Shown: positions 20,294-31,270 of the stretch, in pieces
How positions within the stretch are numbered: position 1 is the first letter of the stretch
How the letters are laid out: every line of letters starts with the position of its first letter
NCBI GenBank assembly: GCA_965261735.1
Contig: OZ253470.1
Location: 1,632,001-1,696,000 of the forward strand
Reading direction: 5' to 3'
Source: Alphaproteobacteria bacterium
Lineage (GTDB): Bacteria; Pseudomonadota; Alphaproteobacteria; SHVV01
DNA: 64,000 nucleotides
The notes under the pieces: generated by a model
What the model was told of the DNA's origin: nothing
What the model saw: the letters and a program-made list of their open reading frames with translations, nothing else
Databases searched by the model: none
Made by a program: the position numbers and the translations under genes

Positions 20294-20530
20294 ATGACCC
20301 GATGGAACCTTTCCATCCCTGAAAAAACAGACAGAGTGGTCCGCACTTTTCTTGCCCGCACCGGCGGCAAGAAGGGCGACCTGTCCCGGTTCGTCGATGA
20401 AGCCGTGCGCCGTCGCGTGCTGGATCTCACCGTTCGCCAAGTCAAGGATCGCAATAACGGAAATGGCCAACAGGAGATACTCGACCTGATCGACGATGAG
20501 GTGGACGCCGCACGTGCGGGTGGTTCTTGA
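20294..20530 (+). CDS. Ribbon-helix-helix antitoxin
   Basis: MTRWNLSIPEKTDRVVRTFLA...GDLSRFVDEAV; GGAG RBS; upstream of a PIN gene. Confidence 0.75.
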   Translation: MTRWNLSIPEKTDRVVRTFLARTGGKKGDLSRFVDEAVRRRVLDLTVRQVKDRNNGNGQQEILDLIDDEVDAARAGGS

Positions 20531-20930
20531 TACCAACATCTTGATCGGCGCCCTTATCACCAAAGGCACTCCGCCGGACAGGCTGTATCAGGCATGGCTG
20601 CGCGGCGAAATCGAGCTTGTAACGTCCACCACGCAAATAGCTGAGATGGCCGATGTTCTCGCCCGGCCCCGTTTGCAGAGGTTTCTCGACGCGGATGAAG
20701 CCAAGGCCATTGTCGAGATCATCGGCACGCGCGCTCTCATCCTCGACGAGCCGCCCGCTGTGAATCTATCCCCCGATCCAAAGGACAACCCGATCTTGGC
20801 TGCGGCAATCGCCGGGAAGGCCGACTTGATCGTCTCCGGTGACAAGAAACATATGCTCGCACTCGGAACGGTCGAAGGCGTTCCTGTCGTAACCGCCCGC
20901 GAAGCAATGGGACGTCTCAGCAATGCATAA
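20514..20930 (+). CDS. PIN-domain putative toxin
   Basis: VVLDTNIL...DPKDNPILAAA...IVSGDKKH. Confidence 0.88.
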   Translation: MRVVLDTNILIGALITKGTPPDRLYQAWLRGEIELVTSTTQIAEMADVLARPRLQRFLDADEAKAIVEIIGTRALILDEPPAVNLSPDPKDNPILAAAIAGKADLIVSGDKKHMLALGTVEGVPVVTAREAMGRLSNA

Positions 20931-21064
20931 TGCGGAAACACCAATAACCGCTTGTCAGGACCGACTTCACCACTCCAAGGCTGCGGTTAGCCGGCTGCGC
21001 AGCGCGTCGCTGTATTGGTGTTCGCGTGACAGTCCTGACCTTCGGCGGCTGCCAGGCGCGGAGG

Positions 21065-21835
21065 TCAACGCAGTCGGTTCTCGCCCCAGCCGCCCGACCG
21101 GGCCTTGGCGATGAGTTCCTTTAGGCGGACGCCGTCGACGGCGCCTGGCACCAGGCTGTCGCCGATCACGAAGGCAGGAGTCCCGCGGATGCCGAGGACC
21201 TGGGCCAGGCGGATCGTTTCGTCGAGGTAGTTCTCGATGGCGGGATCTTCCATGTCGCGGCGAAGGCGTTGGACGTCGAGACCGACGCTGCCGGCAATGG
21301 CCATGACCCTGTCTTCCGTCAGCTTTCCGCGCGAGCCCATGACGGCGACATGGAATTCGAGGTACCGGCCCTGCTGCTCGGAGGCCATCGCCGCCCGGGC
21401 CGCGAACCGCGAGACCGGACCGAGGATGGGAAACTCCTTCCAGACGACGCGCAGCTGCCTGTCGGTCTCCAGCAGGTCCCTCACGGGCTTCAGCGACCGT
21501 TTGCAATAGCCGCACTGGTAGTCAAAGAACTCGACGAGGGTGACATCGCCCTTCGGGTTGCCCGAGACCGGCGACATCGGGTGGGACCGCAACGCCTTGT
21601 CGTGCTCGCGGAGCGCGGCGCGGACGCGGTCCTGCTCCCGCGATCCCCGCTTCGCCTGCAGAACCTGGATGGCTTCTTCGATGACTTCGGGATGTTCGAG
21701 CAGATATTCCCTGACGATCTTGCGGACCGCCTCCCTGTCGAGGTTCGGGGTAGCTGGAGACTCTGCGCGGCTGTCCGGGATGAATGCCGCAGCGGCGGCG
21801 ATCGCCAGCAGCGGCAGCAATATCCTGACTGTCAT
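21065..21835 (-). CDS. DsbA-family (Com1-like) thiol-disulfide oxidoreductase
   Basis: Signal peptide, EFFDYQCGYCK and GIRGTPAFVIG. Confidence 0.9.
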   Translation of the reverse strand: MTVRILLPLLAIAAAAAFIPDSRAESPATPNLDREAVRKIVREYLLEHPEVIEEAIQVLQAKRGSREQDRVRAALREHDKALRSHPMSPVSGNPKGDVTLVEFFDYQCGYCKRSLKPVRDLLETDRQLRVVWKEFPILGPVSRFAARAAMASEQQGRYLEFHVAVMGSRGKLTEDRVMAIAGSVGLDVQRLRRDMEDPAIENYLDETIRLAQVLGIRGTPAFVIGDSLVPGAVDGVRLKELIAKARSGGWGENRLR

Positions 21836-21846
21836 GAATGGCGCTC

Positions 21847-22885
21847 CTAGTGGATCGACTCTAACACTTGATGCCCTCGTTTGACGGCGGCGATGATTTT
21901 GTCTGGATCGGCGGTCCAGGTGAAGGGCTTTGGGTTGTCGTTGGTCTCGTCGAGGAAGCGGTTGATGGCGACCTGGAGGTCGACAATGGAGCGGAAGACG
22001 CCGCGTTTCAGGCGCCGCTTCGAGAGCTTCGCGAAGAAGCCCTCGACGGCATTGAGCCAGGAGCAGGAGGTCGGCACGAAGTGGAAGGTGAAGCGCTCGT
22101 GGCGGCCGAGCCAGGCGCGCACCTTGGCATGCTTGTGGGCGGCGTAGTTGTCGAGGATCACATGGACGCCCTTGCCGGCCGGGATATCGGCCTCGATGGC
22201 GTTGAGGAAGCGGATGAACTCCTGGTGGCGGTGGCGCTGCATGCAGCGCCCGATGACCTTGCCCTCGAGCACGTTGAGGGCGGCGAACAGGGTGGTCGTG
22301 CCATGCCGCTTGCAGTCGTGGGTCATGGTGCCAAGACGGCCCTTTTTCATCGGCAGGCCGGGCTGGGTGCGGTCGAGCGCCTGGATCTGCGACTTTTCGT
22401 CGACCGAGAGCACGATGGCGTGGGCTGGCGGGTCGACGTAGAGCCCGACCACATCGCGCAGTTTGGCGACGAAGTCGGGATCGTTCGAAAGCTCGAATTG
22501 CCGCACCCGATGGGGCCGAAGCCCGTGTGCGCGCCAGATGCGCCGCACCGAGCTGACGCTGATGCCGGTCGCCTTGTCCATCATGGCGGCGACCCAGTGG
22601 GTCGCCTCGGCGGGCGGGTCGCTCAGCGTCAGGGCGACCACCCGCTCGACCACCTCCGGGCCGAGCGGCGGGATGCGCGATGGCCGTGTCTTGTCGCGCA
22701 GCAGACCGTCGTAGCCCTCTTGGGCGAAGCGCTCCTGCCAGCGCCAGACGCAGGTCTTCGACTTGCCGGTCCGGCGCATGATCCCATTGGTGCCGATGCC
22801 ATCAGCGCTGTGCAGTACGATCCGTGCGCGCCAAACATGCTTCTGGGCGACGTTGCGGTCCTCGACGAGCGCCTCCAGACGACGA
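21847..22885 (-). mobile_element. IS630-family element, 5'-truncated (transposase ORF 21847-22779)
   Basis: SVDEKSQIQAL, ILDNYAAH and SWLNAVEGFF motifs. Right IR CTAGTGGATCGA. The left IR and start codon are missing. Confidence 0.88.
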
Positions 22886-23133
22886 AGCGCACGATGCGTA
22901 CGAAGCCAGATTAGGCCGCGAGCATGGCAGGAACATCCGCGGTGATGCTGTTGGCGAGTTCCTCCAGATCGAACGGGCAGGCGTCGGCGATGTCCTGGGC
23001 GCGCGCGGACGGCCTATCGCAAGCAATGTTGCAGACGGGCTAAGTTGTCGGGCTGCCGGGACAGATCCAAGGGCAATCCGGAGCGGTGTGCAAGATCGAT
23101 CCCCTGATTGTGCTGGGGCCAGGAATTGGCGGC

Positions 23134-23568
23134 TTACTTGCCGCCTTTCAGCAGGGATAGGCCCATCACACCTGAAAGCAGTGGCAGGGCGGCGTCTATG
23201 AAGGCCCACACAAGGGAGACCGCATCTGTCCCCACTGCGGTAAAACCCGGACTCAACGAACTGAACCAGTTCCAAAAGAACAGGATGCCCACAAACAGGA
23301 AGCCGTAGAACAGCGTGTTGGCCGACAGAAACTCGCGGGTAATCGGCGCCCCGCCGCCCTCCTGGTCCACACCTCTCTTGCGGATATAGCCGAAGATCAC
23401 ACCCAGCACGACCGCCAACGCCATGAATGGGTTGATGATGCTCCAAATAGGGTTGTGCGGACTGGCTTCGCTGGGAGCGTCATACAGCGGCTGGGCAATC
23501 ATATGGACTGCGACCACGGCCCCGATGACAATGAGCACTACGCCGACGATACGTCGAATCATATCCAT
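23134..23568 (-). CDS. Hypothetical membrane protein (about 4 TM helices)
   Basis: Four hydrophobic segments; AAGG RBS. Confidence 0.7.
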   Translation of the reverse strand: MDMIRRIVGVVLIVIGAVVAVHMIAQPLYDAPSEASPHNPIWSIINPFMALAVVLGVIFGYIRKRGVDQEGGGAPITREFLSANTLFYGFLFVGILFFWNWFSSLSPGFTAVGTDAVSLVWAFIDAALPLLSGVMGLSLLKGGK

Positions 23569-23638
23569 AACCTTATTCCCCGCTCGTTATCTCCAATTCT
23601 GCATCTCCTGTTGCTCCATGTCGATGCTGTCTGACGTT

Positions 23639-24441
23639 GGCATTGACGCGTTAATTCGGTGGCCGGATCGGGCAGGGGCCGCTACCGTCGGCGTATGACG
23701 CCAATTTCTTTCAAGCGACATCGTTTTTCGCCAGAGATCATCCAGCATGCGGTCTGGCTCTATGCTCGGTTCACGCTGTCATTTCGCGATGTCGAGGACC
23801 TGCTGGCCGAGCGCGGTATCGATGTCTCGAACGAGACGGTGCGACGCTGGTTTCTGAAATTCGGGCGCCTGATCTCAGGCAATCTTCGCCGCAGCCGTCC
23901 ACGTGCCAGTGCTCGTTGGCACCTTGACGAAATGGTCATCAGGATCCGCGGCCGAAGACATTGGCTGTGGCGGGCGGTCGACGACGAAGGTGAAGTTCTC
24001 GACTTCCTGGTCCAGCCACGACGCTGCGCCCGATCGGCGCAGAGGTTGCTGCGGAAGCTGCTGAAGAAGCAGGGCTTTGCGCCGAAGCGTATTACCACGG
24101 ACAAGCTCAAATCCTACGCTGTTGCGATCCGCAAAGAGCGACTTACCGCTATTCACGATCAGGGATTGCGGGCGAACAATCGAGCCGAGAATTCACACCA
24201 GCCGGTACGTCGACGCGAACGAAAACAAAAGCGGTTCAATTCACCGGGATCCGCCCAACGGTTCCTTTCAATCCACGCCGCCGTCTACAACGCTTTCTAC
24301 GTCCAGCGCCATCTTTTACCCCGCCGCATTTTCAAGGCGTTTCGAGCCGAGACGTTCGCTGTCTGGAATCAAGGCTGGTGTGCTGCCTGATCCAGATCAC
24401 GATCCAATCGTGCCGAACGCGGCAGCTAACGTGTCAATGCC
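23639..24441 (+). mobile_element. IS6-family element
   Basis: IRs GGCATTGACGCGTTA / TAACGTGTCAATGCC; ~800 bp long. Confidence 0.92.
23695..24390 (+). CDS. IS6-family transposase
   Basis: FKRHRFSPEII, WHLDEM, LWRAVD, ITTDKL and NNRAENSH motifs. Confidence 0.92.
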   Translation: MTPISFKRHRFSPEIIQHAVWLYARFTLSFRDVEDLLAERGIDVSNETVRRWFLKFGRLISGNLRRSRPRASARWHLDEMVIRIRGRRHWLWRAVDDEGEVLDFLVQPRRCARSAQRLLRKLLKKQGFAPKRITTDKLKSYAVAIRKERLTAIHDQGLRANNRAENSHQPVRRRERKQKRFNSPGSAQRFLSIHAAVYNAFYVQRHLLPRRIFKAFRAETFAVWNQGWCAA

Positions 24442-25559
24442 CTGCATGCCCCAGCCACGGACGATCATGGCGCCGGCGCGCAGGCGCTTTCCGACTATAT
24501 CGATGCCCTGCGGCAAATCCTGACGCGGGAGATGGTCGAACTCGGCATTGAGAAGCTGCCGACGCAGGCCGCAGCCGAAACCGCATTGCGGGACACGGTA
24601 GAGCATGCCGACGAGGCGCGCGGCGCTGTAAATAGCGCGCGAGCTGCGCTTGGCGGTCCGGAGAACCTTTTAAGCCGGCTCCAAACCGAACTTGGCACCG
24701 TCAAGGCGCGGTATGACGACAGCAAGGAGGGGTTGGAAAAGCGCCCGAGTCAGCTTGCGGACGCCAAAAAGGCATTCTCTGACGATGAGCTTCAGGCAAG
24801 GATAGATGCCGCGCAGGCCGAATTGTCTGGGCAGGGATCGGCCGTCGCCAATCTGGAGGCGCAGCGCACGGACGAGACAATCCCGCAACTGGAGGCCCGC
24901 ATCGCCCGTCTTGACAAGGCCATACAGGACAGGCGCGAAAAGCGCGGTAATCTCAAGGAGAAGATCGCCGGGCTCCGGTCGCATGTGGAAGCGCTGGAAG
25001 GCGCCGGCTTTGATGAGGCCATTCAGCAAAAAAAGCGCGTGAGCTGGAATTCAGCGAGGAAGAACGTCGCCGCTCAGCGCGCGAGGCGCAAGTTCTCAGC
25101 CTCTTGCTGTCAACGTTGCGTGCTGCCGAGCAGGACGCCAAGGAACGGTATCTATCGCCGGTACTCAAGCGCGTCCGGCCGTATTTGCAGCTCCTGTTTC
25201 CGGGCGCGGAAATCACGATCGATGAAAACCTGCACATCGTCGGCGTGGTCAGGGAGGCGGGCTACGAGGAAGCCTTTCATCATCTCAGCATGGGAACCCA
25301 GGAACAGATCGCCGTTCTGATCCGGCTCGCCTTTGAGGAAATGCTGGTCGAACAGGGTCATCCGGCGACAGTGATACTCGATGATGCGCTTGTGTTTTCG
25401 GACGACCGGCGGATGAGCCGCATGTTCGACATCCTCAATATGGCGGCCCGGAACGCCCAGGTGGTTATTTTTACGTGCAGGGAGCAACTGTTCGAAGAGC
25501 TTGGTGGCCGCCAGTTGTCGTTGCAGCCTGGAAGCAGCGAAGAACTGGTATCGGCATGA
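24442..25559 (+). pseudogene. YhaN/SbcC-like SMC ATPase, C-terminal part (5' lost to IS6; frameshift at ~25030)
   Basis: Coiled coil, signature LSMGTQEQ, Walker B ILDDALVFSD, and FTCR. Confidence 0.8.
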
Positions 25560-25659
25560 TCATGAAAGGGGGGTATTGAGTCATGAAGAATACTTCAGCC
25601 ATTACCCCAGGCCTGATTTTTTGTCGTCGAATTATGCACCGCACATGGGGAGCGAACTG

Positions 25660-28355
25660 ATGACATTTGAACAATTGCTTGAATGGACGTCCAACCGGCC
25701 CGAATGGCAGCAGGATGCCTTGCGCCGGTTCGCCCAATCCGGCGAACTCACAGAAGATGACCTCTCGGAATTGCGGCTTCAGATCGAGAATTCTGCCGGG
25801 TTGCCTGTTGATAACGTGCCGGCGCCGATCCCCCTTGCAGCAGAACATTTAAGCGAGGCGGCGAGCAATCAGCCAAAAACCGTACTCGCCTCACTCGGCC
25901 CTGTTCAACGTGTTGATCGTCTTGCCGGCGACCAGCCCCCGCTGCGTTTCGCCGTTAACGGCGTCACACTTATCTACGGCGCCAATGCTTCCGGAAAGAG
26001 CGGGTACTGCCGTATCACGAAGCAGTTGTGCCGTTCACTGAGTCCCGGCGAACTCCGCGGCAATGTTTATGACGAGAACCAGGGCGAACCGCCTGAAATC
26101 GCAGTGGCATTCCGCGTCGGAGATGATGATCAGCCAAAGCAGGACAGGATTTGGGCGGGTGATGCGAAGGCCCCGGCAGAACTTGCCCGTATTTCTGTTT
26201 TCGACACGGCGAGCGCCAGAGTCTATGTAGACAAGGAACGGAAGATCGAGTTTCTGCCATATGAACTCGACCTGTTGAACAAGCTCGGGCTTGGGTGCCG
26301 CGCCCTCGATCAAGGATTCAGAGAGCGGGAGGCGGCGGTAAATGCCGCTTTCAACACGCCCTTGCCAACCGGCTATACGGAAGGAACGACCGTTTACGCG
26401 GCCATTGCCAAGCTCGTTACAGCGACCGCTCTCGACCAGCTTCCAAGCGAACAGGAGTTGCGTACGCTCGGGACATGGACGGAAGAAAAACAGGCCGAAC
26501 TCGACCGCGTAGCGGAAACGCTTAGCAATGACCCGGCGGCCTTGATGCGGCTGCGGACTACCGCGAAACAAGCACTTGAAACGATCAAAGAAGAAGTCTC
26601 AAAAGCCGCCAATAATATTGGCGATCTCGCCATTCTAAATATCCGTAATAAACAGCAGAACGCGCAAACAAAGGCGACGGCCGCCGAAGCAGCGGCACGA
26701 GACATGTTTCGCGATCAGCCGATTCCCGAACTGGGATCGGAAGTCTGGCGGCAGTTGCTGTTATATGCGCGCGATTTCGCAACATCCGTCTTTACCGATA
26801 AGGAACCGCCACAGCTTGCCACCGGTGGTATTTGCGTTCTGTGCCAGCAAGATTTGGACGAGGAAGCCGTCCAGCGTATGACAGCGTTCGATGGCTACAT
26901 TGCAGGACGCGCAGCAGAAGAAAGCGCCGCCGCCACACGCATCTTCGAGGATCTTCGAGGGACGGTTTTAGCACTCGCCCTAAGAGGGAAACGTGAGGTA
27001 GACACGCTGCTCGCCGGATACGCGGCCTTTAGCGATGCCACAAAGCAAAACGTGACCGTTATCTCAGCCTTTAACGAAAAGGCCGGGGAAAGGCTGGAAA
27101 CGGTCAAACGTATCCTAAGGGACAACACCTATGACGGGCTAGACGCTCTGGAGCCGTTGTCCGCTTCCCCGACGCAGCTCATTGATGATGAAATCGTCCG
27201 CCTTGAGCAGGAAATAGCCGAACTGAAAGACGTCGAGGGGACGAAAATGCGATCGCCGCGCTCAGGGTGCGGCACGCCGAACTGTCCGACCAGAAGCGCC
27301 TGAGCGAAGAGATCGAAATCATTGCTGAACGGCGGAACAAGCTTGAAGAGCGCCATCGCTTGGTTACATGTCGCAGTGAATGCCGGCTTACGGCAATCAC
27401 CCGCCGTATCACCGACCGGCGACGCGAAATCCTCACCCCCGCACTCAAAACCGCATTAAATGACGAGTTGAAGACGCTGCGGCTCACGCATATTCCGCTC
27501 AATCTGGCGGATCGCGGCGATGCCGCCGAAAGCGTCGTCGAAGTCGCCCTGACCGCGCAGCAGCGCATTGCCAATAACAGCGACGTGCTGAGCGAAGGGG
27601 AGCAGCGTGCCTTGGCGCTCGCCTGTTTTCTGGCCGAGTTAGGGGAACTCGGCCGCGATCACGGGATCATTGTCGATGATCCCGTTTCTTCCCTGGACCA
27701 TGGGCGCATGCAGGCTGTTGCCGAACGGCTGGCCGAAGAGGCAGCGAAGGGGCGGCAGGTCATTGTGCTCACGCACAACATTCTTTTTCACCACATGCTG
27801 CGGACGGAAACTCGGCGCGCCCGTATTGCCTGTCACACCGAATGGATGAGCAGTTTGGGCAATGACCAGTTTGGTATTATTGACGACTCACGCAAACCGC
27901 GTCAGATGAAAAGCGTTCCTGAGCGGCTACAGGAGATCGACCGGGACCTTCAGGCATTGATCGATGCCGGATACGACCATGCCGACGAAAATTTTCGTTC
28001 GCCTGTTGTCGCCCTCTATACGCAAATGCGGGACACATGGGAGCGCGTCGTTGAAGATATCCTGTTCAATCGGGTTGTTCAGCGCTTTCGCCCGGAGATC
28101 ATGACGCAGCGCCTCGAAGAAGCCTGCATCGATCCCGAAAACGACTATCCGGCTCTCTTTGAGGGCATGAAGCGCTGTTCTCACTATTCGGCCCATGATC
28201 CGGCGGAAGACTTGCCGCCCGAACTACCCGAGCCGGAACATGTGCGTCGTGACTTTGACGAACTGAAGAGGTTTTTCGACGCGGCGAACGTGCGCCGGAG
28301 AAAGCTGAGAAAAGCACGGCCATATGAGGAAGGCCTGGAACCGGTACTCCTTTAG
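25660..28355 (+). CDS. RloC-like SMC/ABC ATPase with zinc hook (frameshift at ~27238)
   Basis: Walker A YGANASGKSG, CVLCQQ hook, LSEGEQ signature, IVDDPVSSLD, LTHN. ORFs 25501-27303 and 27267-28355 join at a G4 run. Confidence 0.78.
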
Positions 28356-28365
28356 GCGCGACAGA

Positions 28366-29875
28366 TGTCCGTCATCAAAACAAATGGGACTGTTGAGCGT
28401 GTTTCATAAGGGAGGATCTGGCTCATCTTTGTTTGATGTTAAGCCGCTTGGCTTTGATGGTTCAAGCGGCGGTTTTGTGTGTTCAGTTTTTTGATCTTTT
28501 TTCTCTTTTCGATGATGGCGGTGTAGCGTCCAAAGTAGGCGTCGGCTGGAGTTACGTTGCCGACGCTCTCGTGGTAGCGTTGGTTGTTGTAGTGATCGAC
28601 GAAGGCGCTGATCTGGTTTTCGAGATCGCCGGGTAGATAATAATTTTCAAGCAGGATCCGGTTCTTCAGCGTTTGATGCCAGCGCTCGATCTTGCCCTGG
28701 GTTTGCGGGTGATACGGTGCGCCCCGAACGTGATCCATACCGTGGTCCTCGAGCCATTCCGCGAGATCACCGGAGATATAGGACGAGCCGTTGTCGCTGA
28801 GCAGCCTCGGCTTGTGGACGACATTGGCGCGATTGCAGCCTGAGCTTCTAGCGCCAACTTCAGTGTTGCCGTCACATCGTCCGCCGTCATGTTGGTGCAG
28901 AGCTTCCAAGCAATGATGTAGCGGGAATAGTCGTCCAGGATGGTCGACAGATAAAACCAGCCCCAGCCGATGACCTTGAGATAGGTGAAGTCGGTCTGCC
29001 ACAGCTGGTTCGGCGCCGTGGTCTTGTCGCGGAACTCATCGGCTGCCTTGATGACCACGAAAGCGGGGCTGGTGATCAGGTCGTGGGCCTTGAGAAGCCG
29101 GTAAACCGAGGCTTCCGAGACAAAATAGCCCCTGGTGTCCGTAAACCTGACGGCCAGTTCCCGGGGCGACAGTTGCGTCTCCTCCAGGGCAAGATCGATG
29201 ATCTGCCCCCGGACATCATCCGGGATACGGTTCCACACCCGGCCTGGGCTGCTGTTGCGATCCTTAAGACCGGCGTCGCCAAAGGCCAGAAAGCGATCGT
29301 ACCAGCGATAAAAGGTGGTCTTCGGAATGCCCAGCTTGTCCAAAGTGGACCCGACGCCCAGGTGGGACTGCTCGACCAGGCGGATGATCTCCAGCTTCTC
29401 GGATGCGGGATACCTCATTCCTCGTCTCCCCCATCCGCGATCATGCTTTTTTTGAAAAGCCGGTTCTCAAGCGAAAGTTCGGCGACCAACTCCTTCAAGT
29501 CGCGCATCTCCTGGCGCAGAACTTTAACCTCGCCCGAGGTCGCTTGGCGCCCGGTGTCGCCGGCGAGCTGCTTCTTGCCCGCTTCCAAAAACTCTTTCGA
29601 CCAGCTGTAATACAGACCCTCGGCGATGCCCTCGCGGCGGCACAAGGCGGCGATGCTCTCCTCGCCGCGCAGGCCGACACCACGATCCGGATCTTCTCCT
29701 CAGCCGTATACTGCTTGCGTGTCTTGCGGCGAATATCCCGAACCGTTCCCTCCGTCGGGTCGTACTTGCTCATTGATTTCTGTCTCATCTTCGTTCCCTT
29801 CGGTCACTACGATGAGCCAGAAATCCTCCGTCATGCACTTACCTCAATTTGTCCCAAAGGCGCTGATGTTAGACA
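28366..29875 (-). mobile_element. IS3-family element, copy 2 (1-nt losses in orfA and orfB)
   Basis: Reverse-complement near-identity to 16831-18341. Confidence 0.92.
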
Positions 29876-30122
29876 CTACCTGTACCAACTCTATGCGTAT
29901 TTACGATCACAAGTTGGGCGCGGAGATACATTCGCGGACAATGGCGAAGGCCTGCTCTTACATCCGTCAGCCGGCGAATGTGTCGACGAAGCAGTTGTTA
30001 TCCAGGGGCATCGGATCCGGTTCGCCACCGTCGACTTAATGTCGTCCATATTGACTATTCGAACTCAGCTCCTCGCATTGGTCCAACCATCGCCACCCGC
30101 TGCCATGATCGATCCCCATTAA
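29876..30122 (+). pseudogene. mcrC: McrC-family restriction subunit, 3' remnant
   Basis: YLYQLYAYL...GLLLHPS...IQGHRIRFATVDL resembles the McrC C-terminus; cut by IS3. Confidence 0.7.
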
Positions 30123-30187
30123 TCCTCCCTCCCACAGAATGCGCATGAACAACCCAAAGCCGCGCGTCGTCGGGGTGTGAAAATGCA

Positions 30188-30817
30188 TCACAGAGCGTTT
30201 TCCAGAATCAACGCGGCCGCGAACGCCATCAGGATTACGCCGGTGACCCACGACAGGATGCGCTGGATGCGCGGAACGGCGAGCCACTGGCGTGCGGCTT
30301 CGGCGCCCAGCGCAAGCGCCCCTTGCCAAATCGCACTGACCACGATCAGAGCAAGACCCAGCGTCGCGAACTGCAGCGAAACATCACCAGCCTCAGGCAC
30401 CACAAAATTCGGCATCATCGCGAGAAACAGAAATATCACTTTTGGATTGAGCACGTTGGTGATTGCTGCGTCGCGCAGCCCTTTGGCAGAACTCACGACC
30501 AAGCCGTCCATGTTATCGAGCGATACGACACCGGCACGAATGCTTTGAAATCCCAGCCATGCCAGATAAAGGGCGCCAACGATCGCAATCGCGCCATACA
30601 GAACGGGCACCGTGACGATGATCAAGGACAGACCGACGACGGCCGCGGTCGTGTGGATGACCAACCCCAACTGCACCCCCGTCACCGTCGCCAACCCGAC
30701 ACGACGGCCGGAAGCCAGCGTGTAGCGGAGGATTAACAGGGTGTCGGGCCCAGGAGAAATCACGACGACAAGTGCGGCGCCGATAAACGCGATAAAGGCG
30801 CTCACGTCGACGGGCAT
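30188..30817 (-). CDS. LysE-family translocator
   Basis: ISPGPD, GALYLAWLG and TNVLNPKV motifs. Confidence 0.9.
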   Translation of the reverse strand: MPVDVSAFIAFIGAALVVVISPGPDTLLILRYTLASGRRVGLATVTGVQLGLVIHTTAAVVGLSLIIVTVPVLYGAIAIVGALYLAWLGFQSIRAGVVSLDNMDGLVVSSAKGLRDAAITNVLNPKVIFLFLAMMPNFVVPEAGDVSLQFATLGLALIVVSAIWQGALALGAEAARQWLAVPRIQRILSWVTGVILMAFAAALILENAL

Positions 30818-31021
30818 TTCAGCCCTAACATTCCCCAGATGGCGATCATATCGTAGACAATCGAAGACACCCCCCATCACCGATGGAAGAAGTTTTGTTT
30901 TGCGGCCATCCGACAGCCCAGATTTGATGATTTGGCCATCGTTGGAAGCCTATTTGACCAATTTTCTTGTCATCCGGACACACCTTTCCCGTCGATTTCA
31001 CCGCGTCGTTGATTCCTCGGC

Positions 31022-31200
31022 CTACGCCGGAACGGGTCTTCGTCGCAGATCATTGATCAGTTCCAGAATCTGCTGGAACAAGCTTCGTGACACGGTAACC
31101 TCGGCCAATTGGAACGTGGCGTATCGGCCATCGCGGACAACTTTGGCCCCGATCCTCACCATCTTTTCCCACGGTGTAGTCAACGGCCAGTGTTCACCTG
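31022..31200 (-). pseudogene. IS1380-family transposase C-terminal remnant
   Basis: Minus strand translates as EHWPLTTPWEKMVRIGAKVVRDGRYATFQLAEV...ILELINDLR. Confidence 0.7.
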
Positions 31201-31270
31201 TCCCTTCTATTTATTACATCGGCCCTGCCAACGACGGCTCGGTTTTCCGGAACGGGCATCAAATTGATTT

